NCBI GenBank assembly: GCA_014905635.1
Contig: JABVCE010000005.1
Coordinates: 496,001-560,000, forward strand
Reading direction: 5' to 3'
DNA length: 64,000 nt
Source of the DNA: Scenedesmus sp. PABB004
Lineage: Eukaryota
Shown: positions 39,616 through 52,705 of the stretch, piece after piece
Layout of the letters: each line of letters begins with the position of its first letter
Numbering within the stretch: position 1 is the stretch's first letter
Position numbers and translations under genes: made by a program
The notes under the pieces: generated by a model
What the model saw: only the letters and a program-made list of their open reading frames with translations
The model's database searches: none
What the model was told of the DNA's origin: nothing

Positions 39616-42600
39616 TCAGCGCAGCTGGATGATGCCCGCGCTCACGAGCTTGCTGACCTTGCGGTGGATGTCGGGGTTCTGCAGGTGCTTCTTGGCCGCG
39701 CGCGGGTCGCTCTGGAAGTCCTCCAGCACCTGCGGCGGCGGCGCCGCCAGCGGCGACGGGTCACACGGCGGTTTCGGATCACGGCGCGCGCGCGCGGCGC
39801 GGCGCAGCGCGGCGCGCGGCCCCCACGCGTCCCCGGCGGAGCGCGCCGCGCAGCCCCCGCCGCGCGGCGCCGCCGCGCCGCGCGGCCATGCGGGCGCCGC
39901 GCCCCTGCGCCCGCTCCCACCTGGCGCATGATGGGATCAATGAGGATGCTCTGCACCTCGGGGTCGGCCATCGCGCGCTCCTGGCGCTGCGCCAGCTCCT
40001 CGGGCGACGCGTCGCCTGCGGGTCCGGTCCGGCCGCGCGCGCGGGCGGGCGGGCGCGTGAGCGGGCGGGCGTGCGGGCGGGCGTTGCGCGGCGCGCCGGC
40101 GCCTGCGCAGAGCCACGGCGCCGTCGCTGCAGCGCCGCACAGCACGCGCCGCACCGTGCGCGAGGCGGTCCATGGCGGTGAGGCAGCGCATCATGCCGTC
40201 GCGCAGCTCGGTGCTGTCGGGCTCGTGCGCGAGGCCGGCCTCGTACGTCGCGAGCGCCTTTTCATACTCCTTGCAAAAGTACTGCAGCGTGCCCTTGCGG
40301 CTGTAGCCCTTGACAAACGTCGGCGCGAGCTCGATGCACCTGCGCGCCGCGCGGCGCCCAGCGCGGCGCGTCGGGCGCCGCCACGTCTCGGCGCGAGGCC
40401 CCGCCCCTGCTGTGGCCCGCGCCCCCGCGCCGTCGCGGCCCTGTGGCCCTGTGGCCCTGTGGCCCTGTGGCCCTGTGGCCCTGTGGCCCTGTGCCCCGCG
40501 CGCCGCCGCCGCACTTGTCCGCGGCCTTGAGCCCCTCTGGGTAGGCCCCGAGCTTGGTGTAGCAGGCGGCGAGGTTGGAGTAGAGCTTGTGCGCCTCGGG
40601 GTTGACGCCGGGCGGGCCGCGCCGCAGCGCCTCGCTGTAGTGCGCGACCGCCTCGGGGAAGCGGCACTCCTTGAACGCTGCGCGCGCGCGCGCGCGCGCG
40701 GGGGCGAGCAGGCGGTGGGCGAGCAGGCGGAGGAGGGAGGGAGGGAGGGAGGGAGGGAGGGAGGGAGGGAGGGAGGGAGGGAGGGAGGGAGGGGAGGGAG
40801 GAGGGAGGGAGGGAGGGAGGGAGGGAGGGAGGGAGGGAGGGAGGGGGGAGGGAGGGAGGGAGGGAGGGAGGGAGGGAGGGAGGGAGGGAGGAGGGAGGGA
40901 GGGCGGGCGTGACGCGCACAGTCCCGCCGCGCAGCGCGCCACGCGACGTGCGGCGTGTGCGCGAGCCGGCCCCCCGCGCCCCCGCGGCGCCGCAGCGGGC
41001 GGCGGCGCGCGTCCGCACCCGTGTTGCCGGCCTCCTTCTCCTCGTTAGCGAGGTCCATGTCCACGTACTCTGCCTCCTTGCGCTCCTGCGCGGGGCGCAG
41101 GGCGGGGCGGGTCACGGGTCGGGCGCGGGCGCGGGTTCGCGGGCGACGCGCGGCCCACGGCGCGCACGCGCGCCGTGGCCGTGCTGCCGCCATCCCTGCC
41201 GCCGCCCCCTGCCGCCGCCGCGAGGGCGCCGCGCCTTGAGCGCCTTCTCCGCCTCGTTGAGCCGCTTGAGCGTGTCGGCGGTGCGGTGCTCGGTGAGGCT
41301 CTTGTTGTAAGCGACCACCGCGTCCTCCAGCCGCCCCAGCTTGGCCAGCGCGTTGCCCTGCGCGCGGCCGACGCGGCGTTGGCGGCGGCGGCGGCGCGGC
41401 CGCGGGGGCGCGTGCTGCGTCCATGTGGCGGGCGGGCATGTAGACGGGCGCGCGCACCTTGCGCGCGAGCGCGCGCGCGACGAGGGCGTAGTCGGCGCGC
41501 AGCTCGCGGCCGCGCGTGACGGCCGTCTCGCAGTCCGCGATCGCCGCCTCGTACTCGCCGCGCTCATAGTGCACCGCCGCCCTGCGCGCACACACGAGCG
41601 CGGCGCTGCTGCTCGGCGGGGGCCCCTCCGCGCGCGCGCAGGGCGCCGCGCGGGCGCAGGGCGCGGCGGGGCCTCCCGCCGCGCGGCAGCGGCCAGCGCG
41701 GCGCGGCGGGGCTGCGCGCCTGTTGGTGAGCATGGAGACGTCGCCGTCGTAGAGCTCCAGCGCTCGGCTGTAGGCGTCGATGGCCTCGTCAAACTGGCGG
41801 GCCTTGTACAGCTCGTTGCCCTTGGCCTTGAGCGCCAGCGCCTGCGGGTGTGCGCGCGTGCGTGCGGGGCGCTCGCGCGTGCACGGCCGCGGCCTGCCGG
41901 CGAGCCCCGCAGCGTGCGCGCGACCGCCCGCCGCGCGCGCGGCGACCCGCCCGCAGCGACCGGGCGCCGCACCTCGGCCTTGGCCGCCGCCGCCTCGCGC
42001 TCCTCCTCGGTCATCTCCACCTCGGGCCCCGGCTGCGCGGGCTCCTCCGCCGGCGGCGCCTGCGGGCGCGCGGCGCGGCGCGCTGAGGCGGGGCGGGGCG
42101 CGGCCAGGGGCGCGGCCAGGGGCGCGCGCGGGCGGCGCCGGCGGCCGGCGCCACGCCGCACCTTGCTGCCGCCGCCCGCCGGCGCCTGCTGCTGCGGCGG
42201 CGCGCCGTTGGCGGCGGCGCCGGCCGCCGCCGCTGCTCGGCTGCTGCCGCGACTCGGCCGCGTCCGCCTCGGCCGCCGCGCCCGCGTCAAAGTCGGCCTT
42301 GGTCTGCACCTTGAGCCCCAGCATCACCTCCAGCGCCTGCGCGCCGCGCGCAGCACGGCGTGGTCGCGGCCCCCGGGGGCCGGCGTGAGCACGCGCCGCG
42401 GCACCGCCGCGCCAGGCTGCCGCCGCGCTGCGCTGCCGCCGCCGCACCAGCTGCATGCGCGGGTCGTTCATGCAGCTCCCCAGCAGCGCGGGGTTGGTCG
42501 CGAGGCCCTGCACCAGGCCCATGAACTCGGGGTCGTCCATGAGGTGCCGCGTGCGCTGGTCCATCGCGAGCCGCATGAGCGCCTCAGGGCCAAACAGGCC

Positions 42601-43635
42601 CCCGCCGGCCGGCGGGCGGTTCTTCGCGCCGACCGCGTCGCTCAGCGCGGCCTGCATCTGCTGGTTGTTCGGGTCGAGCCGCAGGCCTGGGCACCGGGAC
42701 GCGGGCGGGCGGGCGCGCGCGCGCGACGCGCGTCGGCGGCCGCCGGGCGGCCGCGTGCGGCGGGGGCTGCTGCTGCGCCGCTGCGCACGCGCTGCCGCTG
42801 CGCACCATCCTCGTACGCCTTGATCGCCTCCTCCCACTCCTGCAGCCCGTAGTGCGCCGCGCCGAGGCGGCTGTAGCCCTTGGCCCAGTCCGGCTTGAGC
42901 TCCACGCACTGCGCGGCCGCGGGCCCCGCGGTGAGGCGCGGGCGCGTCGCAGCTTCCGGAAGCTCCGCCGCGCCGCCGCTGCCGTGCGCGCGCCGGCCGC
43001 CGGCCGGCCAGCGCGGCGGCGCGCCGGGCGCGCGCGTGCACCCCTGCGCCGCGCACCTTGCGTGCGTCCTTCAGCGCCTTGCTGTACTGCTTCAGACTCG
43101 CCTGCGCAGGCGGCCGCGGGTGCGGCGGGCCGCCGCTCAGCATGCAGCCCGGCGTGCGCCCGGCTCGCGCGGCGGCAGTGCTGCTGCGCACGCGGGCGGA
43201 CGGCGGAGGGGCGCCGCGGCCGCGCGGGCGCTGGCGCGGCCGGGCGGACGCGGCTGCGCGGGCGCGTCGCCAGCGCGGCGGCCGGCGCGCGCTGCGCAGC
43301 CCGCCGCCCGCGCGCCGGCCGCCGCTGCTGCTGGCGCCGGCCACCGCAGCGCGCCCCCGGCAGGCCGCCTCGCGGCCCAGGCTCAGAGCGGCCGGCGGCG
43401 GCGCCGCGGCCGCGTGCGGCGCACCTCGGCGGCGCTGCGGTTGCTGTAGAGGACGTGGTTGGCCGGATCGAGCTCTATGGCGGCGCTAAAGTGCTGGATC
43501 GCCTCCTCGTACCGCCCCGCGCTGAAGGCGGCGTTGCCCTTGGCCTGCGCGCGTGCCGGCGCCGGGCTCGCGCGCGATGCGGGCGCGCCGCGCCGCCCGC
43601 GCGCCGCGGCGCCGCACCTTGAGCTCGTCCGCCAT
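39616..43635 (-). CDS. HOP: Hsp70/Hsp90 organising protein (HOP/STI1), multi-exon
   Basis: [98 protein letters not shown]. Confidence 0.97.
40437..40492. repeat. Tandem 8-mer (GGCCCTGT)x7 in a HOP intron
   Basis: Seven perfect copies read directly. Confidence 0.95.
40729..40903. repeat. (GGGA)n polypurine microsatellite in a HOP intron
   Basis: About 175 nt containing only G and A on the + strand. Confidence 0.97.
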
Positions 43636-44390
43636 GCTGGACGAATCGCGGTGGATGGCGGGCGCTGCTGCTGCGCGGTGCGGGCTCTTTCGCGCGCTGC
43701 TGCTGCAGATAGCTCGTCGAGAAGTCTCTGCTGCTCGAGCGCGCGGCTGGGCTGGCGGCGGCAACGTCAGCGCTGCGCGTGACGGCGGAGCAGTGACTGA
43801 GATTGGGGAGGCGGCCGGCGCGTCAGCGGCCGCGCGGCGGCGGCGCGGGGTCGCGCTTCAGCGGCGGGCGGCGCGCGAGCAACCGAGCAATCGGCACATT
43901 GCCCCCCGTGGGTGTGCAGCTCTGATGTACAGCCCTCGCCACACCACCACCACCACGACAGCTAGCGACAAAAAGACATGGCGCGTGCGTGCGCGTGCGT
44001 GTGCTCGCTCGCGCCCCGGACAGGCAGGCGCGGCGGCGGTCCAGCCACGAACCACCAGCATCACCGCCATCAAAACGCCCGCTCCGCATAGGCGCGAGTT
44101 TCATTCGGCGGTGGCTGAACACCGCGCCGCGCCGCGCGGCGCGCCCGCCGGCGCCCGCCGCGGGGCGGGGCGGCGGGCGCGGCGCGGCGGGGCGCCGGGG
44201 CGCGCGCCCGCGCCGCGGCTGCGACGCCGCGGCGCGGGCGGCGCCGGCGCCGCGGGCGCCGCAGGCTCCGGGGGCGCCACAGGCTCCGCGGGCGCCGCGG
44301 CCGGCGGCGGCGGCTCGCGCCGCCGCGCCGGCGGGGTGCGCTCGTCGCGCGCCGCGCGCGCGCGGGCCGCACTCCCGCGCTCGCCCGCGC

Positions 44391-46129
<1,739 letters not shown>

Positions 46130-46589
46130 TCAGCGCCCGACGCGCATGGGCGCGCCGCCCGCCGCGGGGCAGCGACGGGGCCGCGCGGGGACTCGGAGCG
46201 CGGCGCTGGGCGGGCGGGCGCGGCGAGGAAGAGCCTGTTGTTGCCGGGCAGCGCGGGGCGGGCCGTGGCCGCGCGAGTGGCGCCGGTCGGTCGCGCGGAT
46301 AATGGTGGGCGTGCACCGCGGGCGCGGGCGAGAGGGCCGGCCAAGGGACGACAGGCGAGCGGGCGCTGGCGCCGCTCGGGCTCCCGTCCTCTAGAGCGCT
46401 CAGCGACTCGCTGAGAGCCCCCACGCGCGTACAGCACCAACTCGCCCGGCCGCGCAGCGCGCCGCTGCCGCCCGCCCGCCGCGCCCGCCAGCGTGCTGCG
46501 CGTGCCGCGGCGGGCAGGCGCTGCCCCAGCCCCTGCGGAGGGCCGGGGCGTCTCTCGCCCGCCCAGGCGCTGCTGCAGGGCTTCGCTGC

Positions 46590-47033
46590 GTTCAACCAGC
46601 GGCGGCGCGCGGCCCGGCGGCGGCGGGGCCCGCGCCCCGGCGTCCGCGCACGCGCGATCGGATCGACGGCGCGGCACGCAGGGCGCTCGCCGGCGCGCCC
46701 TTCTCCGTGGGTCACCCGCGCGACCGCACTCGCGGATACCCGAGCTCCCCGGCAACGCGCCGCCCCGCGCCGCACCGCCCGGGCAGCAGCCCCTGCGCCG
46801 CGCGCCGCGCGCCGTCGTGCAAGGCGTGCGGCGCGCCCGGCGCGGCGCGGCAGGCGCGCAGGCTGAAGTGTTGTAGGAGACCGTCGGGCTGCCGGCCGCG
46901 GGCGCCGGGGGGTTGGCGCCGCCCGCGCAGCCCAGTCCGCCCACCCCAGAGCACCACGCCGCCGACGCGCCCGCCCGCCAGCGATCAGGCGGTCGCCGGC
47001 ACGCCAGCGCAAACCACCGGCAGGTGCATCGCC
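46590..47033 (+). repeat. Left arm of a ~450-bp inverted duplication (partner at 49533-49985)
   Basis: For example GGCTGAAGTGTTGTAGGAGACCGTCGGGCTGCC (from 46861) is the exact reverse complement of sequence at ~49673-49705. Similarity ends sharply at ...GGTGCATCGCC (47033). Confidence 0.95.
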
Positions 47034-47699
47034 TGGGGGTTACCGGCGCAACCCGCACGCGCGCACGCGCGCCCTCAATCTCTCTCGCACTCGCCGCCGA
47101 CCGACCGACCACAGTCCCTCGCAGCAGCAGCAGCCCTCCACTCCAGCAAACGCGCGTCGAGACACAGCGGGCGGGACGCCGCGCGCGGGGCCCCAAGACT
47201 CCCGGCGCGCCCGCAAACCAGGTTGGTGGTGGGGATTTATGGGGGCGCCAGCACGCGCTGGACCACCGGGCGCGCAGGCACGTGCGTCGCCCTAATAGAC
47301 GGGGGGCCGTTCCACCCTGACACACACGTTCAACCCACACGCAGCGCGGGCGGGCGGGCGCGCGCCGCCTCGGGCGTGCGCGCCGCCCCGCCCCTCAGCC
47401 CCCACTATCCCCCTCTGCTGGCGTGCCCAGCTCACGGCCTGCACAGCTCTGCCGCTGCGCCCGCGCCGCCCCGCCAAAACAGACAGAGTGTGCGCGCGCC
47501 ACAGGTCAACAGGTCTTCGTGCGCCTCCCAAGCGCAGCGCGCCCGCCCCGCTACCTACAGTGTGCGCCGGCGAGCGCGGCGCCGCGCACGCGCGCGGGCC
47601 GCGCCGCGTCGCGCGGCCCAGTCCTGCGTGCCCGTGTTCTGTTTGGTCAGCCCATTCAGGTGTGGTGCAGGCACGCGCCGGCGCGGCGCGGCGCGCGCG

Positions 47700-49528
47700 T
47701 CACGCGTCGTCGTGGCCGTGCGCGTGGCGCTGCTGCTCCAGGTCACAGCCGTCCTCGAGCTCCGCCTCGCCGTCCTGGCCGTGCAGGCGCGCCGCCGCCG
47801 CGCGCAGGTCGCGGCGCTCGACCTCGCTCACGATGTCAGACACGCGCGAGTGGTCGCCTGCGCGCGCGGCGCGCGGCGGCGCGTGGGCGGCGGCGCGCGC
47901 GGGCGCGGGCGGCAGCACGAGCGCGCGGCGCGGCGCGGCGCGGCGCGGCCCTCCGCCCCGCGCCCGCGCGCGCGCCCTGCCGCGGGCCCGGCGGCGCCAC
48001 GGCGCGTGACTTGCAGGACTCCCTCACCTCCCATGACTTGCAGGATGGCGTGCCACATCGCGCGGCCGTTGCTGAGCTCCGCGCTCAGCGTGAGCGCGGG
48101 GCTCGCGGCGGTGCAGAACCACACGCCGCTGCGGCACTCCTCCTCGAGTTGCCCCGGCGCCCAGCCCGCGTACTGCGCGTAGAAGCGAAAGTCGGACGGC
48201 TCCGCCAGCCCCGCCGCGACGGCCGCGCCGGCGCCGTGCACGTTGTGGTGGTACACGCCGTCGGTGACCTGCGGCGCGCAGCGGGCACGGTGGGCAGCGG
48301 CGCGCGGCCGGCAAGCGCGTGCAGGGCGAGCGCGCGCAGGGGGCGGGGGCGCGGGCGCGGGGCGCCGCGCGGGGCGCGCGGCGCCGGCAGGGCCCAGCAA
48401 CGTCGCCCCGCCCCGCGGGCGCACCTGGGTGACGCCGTCGATGTCGGCGCGGTGCGTGAGGACGACCATCGCGGTGTCGCCGCAGTCGCCGCCCATGTGG
48501 AGGCGGTTGTCGGCGAAGAGCGCGAGCAGGTCGTGCACGGTCGACTTGATCTGGCTCACGCGGTACTGCGTGGGGCGGTTGAGGATGATGCCGTAGCTGC
48601 CGTCCGGGCCGTGGTCGAGCAGCAGGATGACGGCCTGGTAGAAGTAGGTCTGTGTTGCGCGTGTGTGTGGCGCCGCACACAGGCGGGAGCGGGAGCGGCG
48701 GGAGCGGGCGGGCGGGTGAGGAGGAGGGGGCGAGGAGGCGCGGGGCGAAGCCGTGGGCGCGGGCGCGGGCGCAACAGACCTGGCGCTCGCGGAACATGTA
48801 GGGGTGCGCCAGCAGCAGGCAGCCCGCCTCGGGCTTGGACAGCTCGTGCGCCCACTCGAGCTGGTTGAAGCTGCTGCGCATCGCCGGCCACGCGCCGCCC
48901 TCCGGCGCCGCGTCTGCGGCGGCGGCGGGCTGCGCCGAGCTGCGGGTGCTGGCCACGAGCCGCGCCCTGCAGCGCGGGCGGGCGGGCGGGCGGGCGGGCG
49001 CATGCGCGGGTGGGTGGGTGGGTGGGCCGCCGGCCAGGCCGGCGCGGCGCGCCGACGCGCGCGCGCGGCCCCGACGGGCGCGGCCGCGCTGCTGCTGCCG
49101 CCGCAGCGCACCTGAATTCGCGCCAGTCCGCGCCCGGCTGGGCCACGGGCACGACGTCCGGCACCGTGGTGGCCTTCTGGTAGGTCTGGTCGCCGGCGCG
49201 GTCCTCGGAGCCGTCGCTGTGGCGCCGGGCAGCAGGGGGTGAGCGCCGGGCCATCACCCCGCCCCCCGCCGCCGCCCCGCGTCGCGGCGGGCCGCCGCGC
49301 ACCTCAGCGCCGCCAGCGTCGTCCGGTGCGACCGTCGGCCGGCGCGCAGCACCTGCGGGGCGCCAGGCAGCTGATGAGGGGCCGGGGCGCGATGGCCACC
49401 GACAGTGCAGCGCCCGGGACGGCGCGCCTGGGCCGCACCGTGTCACGGCCGCATCGGTGTCCGCTGACGGGCGCCGCTGGGCGTGACGTGCTGGCCTGGG
49501 AACCGCTGGCGAGGCGTCCAGCGTGCAT
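47700..49528 (-). CDS. DUF179/YqgE/AlgH-family protein with an organellar-type presequence, multi-exon
   Basis: ADWREFRARLVA, WAHELSKPEAGCLLLA, YFYQAVILLLDHGPDGSYGIILNRP, LHMGGD, FRFYAQYAGWAPGQLEEECRSGVW, MWHAILQVMGG. ATG at 49528. Confidence 0.92.
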
Positions 49529-49532
49529 TTTT

Positions 49533-49985
49533 GGCGATGCACCTGCTGGTGGTTTGCGCTGGCGTGCTGGCGGCCGCCTGATCGCTGGCGGGCGGGCGCG
49601 TCGGCGGCGTCGTGCTCTGGGGCGGGCGGACTGGGCTGCCCGGGCTGCGCCAACCCCCCGGCGCCCGCGGCCGGCAGCCCGACGGTCTCCTACAACACTT
49701 CAGCCTGCGCGCCTGCCGCGCCGCGCCGGGCGCGCCGCACGCCTTGCACGACGGCGCGCGGCGCGCGGCGCAGGGGCTGCTGCCCGGGCGGTGCGGCGCG
49801 GGGCGGCGCGTCGCCGGGGGGCTCGGGTATCCGCGAGTGCGGCGGGTGACCCACGGAGAAGGGCGCGCCGGCGGACGCCCTGCGCGCCGCGCCGTCGATC
49901 CGATCGCGCGTGCGGCGGACACCGGGGTCGTGCGGGCCGCGCCGCCGCCGGGCCGCGCGCCGCGCCGCCGCCGCCAGGTCAACGC
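49533..49985 (-). repeat. Right arm of the inverted duplication; forms the immediate upstream region of the DUF179 gene
   Basis: Reverse complement of 46590-47033 with scattered substitutions and small indels. Ends 4 nt before the DUF179 ATG. Confidence 0.95.
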
Positions 49986-50347
49986 GGCGCGGGCTCGCGC
50001 TCTCCACAGCGTTACGCACACGGACGTCGCCGCGAACCTAAAAGGCTAGCTAGTGATCTCCCGACCGCGCGCTCAAGCCGCAGCCGAGGCGGCGGGCGAG
50101 CCCGCGGCGCGAGGTCCTGTCGTGCGCGTGCCGCAACCCCGGACCCAACGCACTCGCCGGCATCGCCCCGCCATCAATGCAACTCGCAGCAAAACGCCGC
50201 CGCCGCGCTGGATTTGAAGCAGTCCCCGCATGTGCGTGAAGCAATGGTGCGGCCCCCGCGCCCCCGCGCGACCCCGCCGCCGCGCCCACGCGGCCCCCCT
50301 GCGTGCGTGTGCTGCGCCCCGTGCCGAGCGCGCCGCACGGCACGCTG

Positions 50348-51028
50348 CTACGCGCCGCCGCCCTGCAGCAGCGCCGCGGCCTCGGCCTGCTGCTCCGCGA
50401 GCAGCAGCTCCAGCTCGTCCATGATCGCGGTCCATATGAAGCAGTACTGCTCCGCCGTCTGCACCGTGCCGCGCCGCTGCTTGCGCAGCGCGGTGACGAG
50501 GCCGGGGATGTCCATCGCGGCCACCACGTCGGCCTCGCTCACACTGCCGTGCAGCTGCAGCGTGAGCGCGTGCAGGCGCTGCAGCAGCATGTCGACCGCG
50601 ACAAACGTCCCCGTGCGCCCCACGCCCTGCGTCGGCGCGGCGCGGCGCGCGGCCGGGCGGCGCGGTCACAGGCGGGCGCGGCGGGGCGGGCAGCGGCCAG
50701 GCGCGCGCGGCCAGGCGGGCGCCGCCGCCGCGGGCACCGCCGCACCGCGCTGCAGTGCACCACGATCTTGCAGCCCGCGCGGCGGCAGCCGTCGAGCGCG
50801 TGGCAGAGCGCGAGCACGCTGCCCGTGCTCGGCGGCACGCCGTAGTCGGGCCAGGCCAGGTACTGATAGTGATTGATCCACAGCCGCGCCGGCGCCGCCG
50901 CCGCCCCGCCGCCGCTGCTGCTGCCCGCACCGCCGGCGGCGGCGCCGCCGGCGCCTCCCGGCGGCGGCGCGGCCGCCGCGGCAGCGGCCGCCGCCGCCGC
51001 CGGCGGCTGCCCCGGCGCGGGCGGCTGC

Positions 51029-51059
<31 letters not shown>

Positions 51060-52085
51060 TGCCGCTGCCGCCGCCGCTCCAGACGACTTCGAGCTGCCGG
51101 AAGACCACGGCGTCGTCCTCGAGCGTGTTGCGGTGCACGCAGGTGACCGTGATGCCGCCGGGCAGGCGCAGGCAGTCGTGCTCGCCGTCGGGGAAGTACG
51201 CCGCGCAGCGCGGCCGGCTGTTGCCGAGCGCGGCGCAGCCGTCGGTGAGGCCGGTCAGCATCACGATCGCGCTCGTGTTGGTCGCGCCGACCATGCGCCA
51301 GAGGTCGGCGACCGTGCCGGGGAGCGGGCCCTGCGTCGCGATGTAGCCCAGCCCCGCGCCGCCCGGCTCGCCCGGCAGCTGCGGGTCGGTGAGGAAGCTG
51401 GCGTTGATGTACGTCCCCTCGCCGCTGCCGACCTCGCCGGCGGCGCCGGCACCACCGCCGCCGCGCCGCGGCGGCAGCGGCGGCAGCGCCACGCGGTTGT
51501 GGTCGTACGGGACGACGTCGCGGTAGCGGTTCTTGGCCGCGTTGCGCTCCGCGTGCGCGACGGCGCAGGGGCTGTCGTACGGGTTGTCCGCGTCCAGGAC
51601 CGCCATGAACTCGGCGGCCGCCGCCTCGGCGCTGAAGCGGCCGCGCAGGTGGCGCAGCGCGGTGCTGCGCGCGCGGCGCGGCGGCGGCGCGGCGCGGTGT
51701 CACGGGCGGGGGCGCGCCGTCACGGTCGCGACGCGGCGCGCGGCGCCCGGCCGCACCTGTATATCTGCTGGCAGAACGCGCTGTTGAGCGCCTCCAGCGC
51801 CTGCACCTTGACCTCCGCAACCTGGCCGCCGCCGCCGCCCGGCGCGCGCTGCTGGTGCTGCAGCTGCAGCTGCAGCTGCTGCCCGTCCATGTGCTGCTGC
51901 TGCTTCTGGTCCTGCTGCCCCTGCTGCTGCTGCTGACTCGCCTGCGGCGGCCGCGGCGGCGCGGGCTGCTGCTGTGCGGGCGCACGCGCTCCGCCGCCGC
52001 CGCTGCTGGAGCCGCGCGGCGCGCCGTCCGGCTGCTGCGGCGCGCGCAGGGACAGCCCGAGAGCGACGGGGATTTCCGGCGACAT
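50348..52085 (-). CDS. PTP1: Classical protein tyrosine phosphatase (PTP1-like), 3 exons
   Basis: KNRYRDVVPYDHNRV, YINAS, YIATQGPL, WPDYGVP, VVHCSA|GVGRTG, QTAEQY. Confidence 0.95.
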
Positions 52086-52705
52086 GGGGCGCCGCCGCCC
52101 TGGCGCTGCGGCGGCCTGCTCACGCGCCGGCGGGTCCCGACGCGGCGGGCATGCCTCGCGAGGGCCCCGCGGGCCAGGGGCGGGGCTGTCCGGCCTGCGG
52201 GCGCGGCGTCAGGCAGGGGCAGCGCCGATCAACGCGTGTCGCCGGGCGCGAGTCCGTGCGCGTGCCTCACGCGCGCGCAGGCGCCCGATTTCGTCGAGCC
52301 CATGCCGCTGCGCCCCTGCGCGCAGCCAGCACTTGCGCACGCCCGCGCGCTCGCCCCGTCCCGGGTGGCGCGACGTGCGCGGATCGCGCGCCCAGGGTCA
52401 GCGCCCAGCAGCTGGAAAGTGCGCAGCGGACCCTTGCCAGCGCCCACCTGCCGGCGCGGCCGCCTGGCGCGTCCGCGGACGCCTCCGAGGCCTGGACGCG
52501 CTGGGCGACCGTCCCGAGGCCTGGACGCGCTGCTGCTGTCGGTGGCAGGTGCAGGCCGGGCGCGTGCAGCAGGCGCGGACTGCCAGGGCGGCCGAGGTGG
52601 AGAGGCTTGCAGAGAGAGAGAGTGGCGCAGTGCACGCGCTGGTTGCAACGTCGTACCGCCGCCGCGCGCCGCGCCGCTTGCGCCCCGTCCGCTGCGCCCG
52701 GCCCC

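Noticed and set aside
47700..49528. DUF179/AlgH as a recent bacterial horizontal transfer
   Set aside because: It has several spliceosomal introns, a presequence and the DWREFRARL extension typical of plant/algal homologues.
46391..50053. Inverted arms as the TIRs of a Pack-MULE, or as Helitron copies (CTAG at 46391 and ~50047-50053)
   Set aside because: The outer ends are not sharp, there is no target-site duplication, no TC 5' end, no shared 3' hairpin and no transposase. The CTAG sites lie outside the aligned region.
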